Source: a virus (Duplodnaviria > Caudoviricetes). Taken from it: a stretch of 34,929 nt of DNA. Positions 34,493 through 34,929 of the stretch are shown here, in pieces. Where the stretch lies: positions 1-34,929 of the IMG/VR virus record IMGVR_UViG_3300029792_000004, one strand, 5' to 3'. The notes below the pieces were generated by a model. It made no database searches. It was not told where the DNA came from and was given only the letters and a program-made list of their open reading frames with translations. Numbering within the stretch: the first letter of the stretch is position 1; the number at the start of each line of letters is the position of its first letter. A program made the translations under genes and the position numbers.

Positions 34493-34929
34493 TTAAATTT
34501 TTCGGAATTAGCTTTAACATAACTTCGTATATTAATGACATCGTTACAGATGTATGCGTATTTAGAAACAGGATTTATCATATAGCCAGCTGCGTGGAGT
34601 TGTGAACACTTTAAAACTCTCACTAATTGCTTATCATGCACTTGTTTGTCTAGTTCTTCTATGGCTAACTTTAGCTTTACTTTTGCTAACTCAGAACACG
34701 TTTCGTTATTAGATCCAAGTGGTATCATCCAACTTATCTGCGCTCCCCATCCTTCGTTAATACTATAAGTATCTTCCCCCTGGGCATCATTTCCTGTATA
34801 GAAAGGTGTTATTGCCATAGTTGGTTGACTACAAACTAAGTTTCCAAACTGTAGCTTACCTGTCATTCCATTATTAACATTCATATTTTGGTTGATAATA
34901 CTAGAATTACCAACGGCATTAGGTTGAGC
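34489..34929 (-). CDS. Cyanophage-type hypothetical protein, 5' truncated by the window edge
   Basis: The frame stays open to 34929 (AQPNAVGNSSIINQNMNVNNG...). Contains CSQPTMAITPF, ISWMIPL, C...KCSQL..GY...ICNDV. It is the only credible minus-strand gene. Confidence 0.75.
   Translation of the reverse strand, partial: AQPNAVGNSSIINQNMNVNNGMTGKLQFGNLVCSQPTMAITPFYTGNDAQGEDTYSINEGWGAQISWMIPLGSNNETCSELAKVKLKLAIEELDKQVHDKQLVRVLKCSQLHAAGYMINPVSKYAYICNDVINIRSYVKANSEKFK

Noticed and set aside
1-34929. tRNA, CRISPR array, integrase/att site, terminal repeats, terminase, psbA/hli/talC
   Set aside because: None was recognisable. The window ends mid-gene, so terminase and other genes may lie outside it.

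Overview
The window holds most of a T7-like podovirus (Autographiviridae) genome, almost all coded on the + strand. Gene content and small conserved proteins suggest a marine cyanopodovirus. Gene order: host sigma70 promoter, a run of small early genes, single-subunit RNA polymerase, SSB, endonuclease I, a DUF2786-like protein, primase-helicase, 5'-3' exonuclease, portal, scaffold, major capsid, a terminator, three very basic microproteins, tail tube A/B, internal virion proteins gp13-gp16, two tail fibres with S74 chaperones, a right-end cluster with its own sigma70-type promoter, and one antisense gene cut by the window edge. There is no DNA polymerase between gp4 and gp6 (the two genes overlap), and I see no ribonucleotide reductase, photosynthesis genes, integrase or terminase in the window. 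Four observations stand out. (1) The gp16-like ejection protein is 2587 aa and carries ParB-like, HExxH metallopeptidase and ADP-ribosyltransferase-like domains, so it looks like an injected multi-enzyme effector. (2) Nine same-strand copies of AGTCCTG lie within 1.56 kb of the early region, across different ORFs and reading frames. (3) CCWGG is strongly enriched, most densely at the left end. (4) The capsid leader can form competing RNA stems. All domain calls come from motif reading by eye and all counts are manual; no searches were run.
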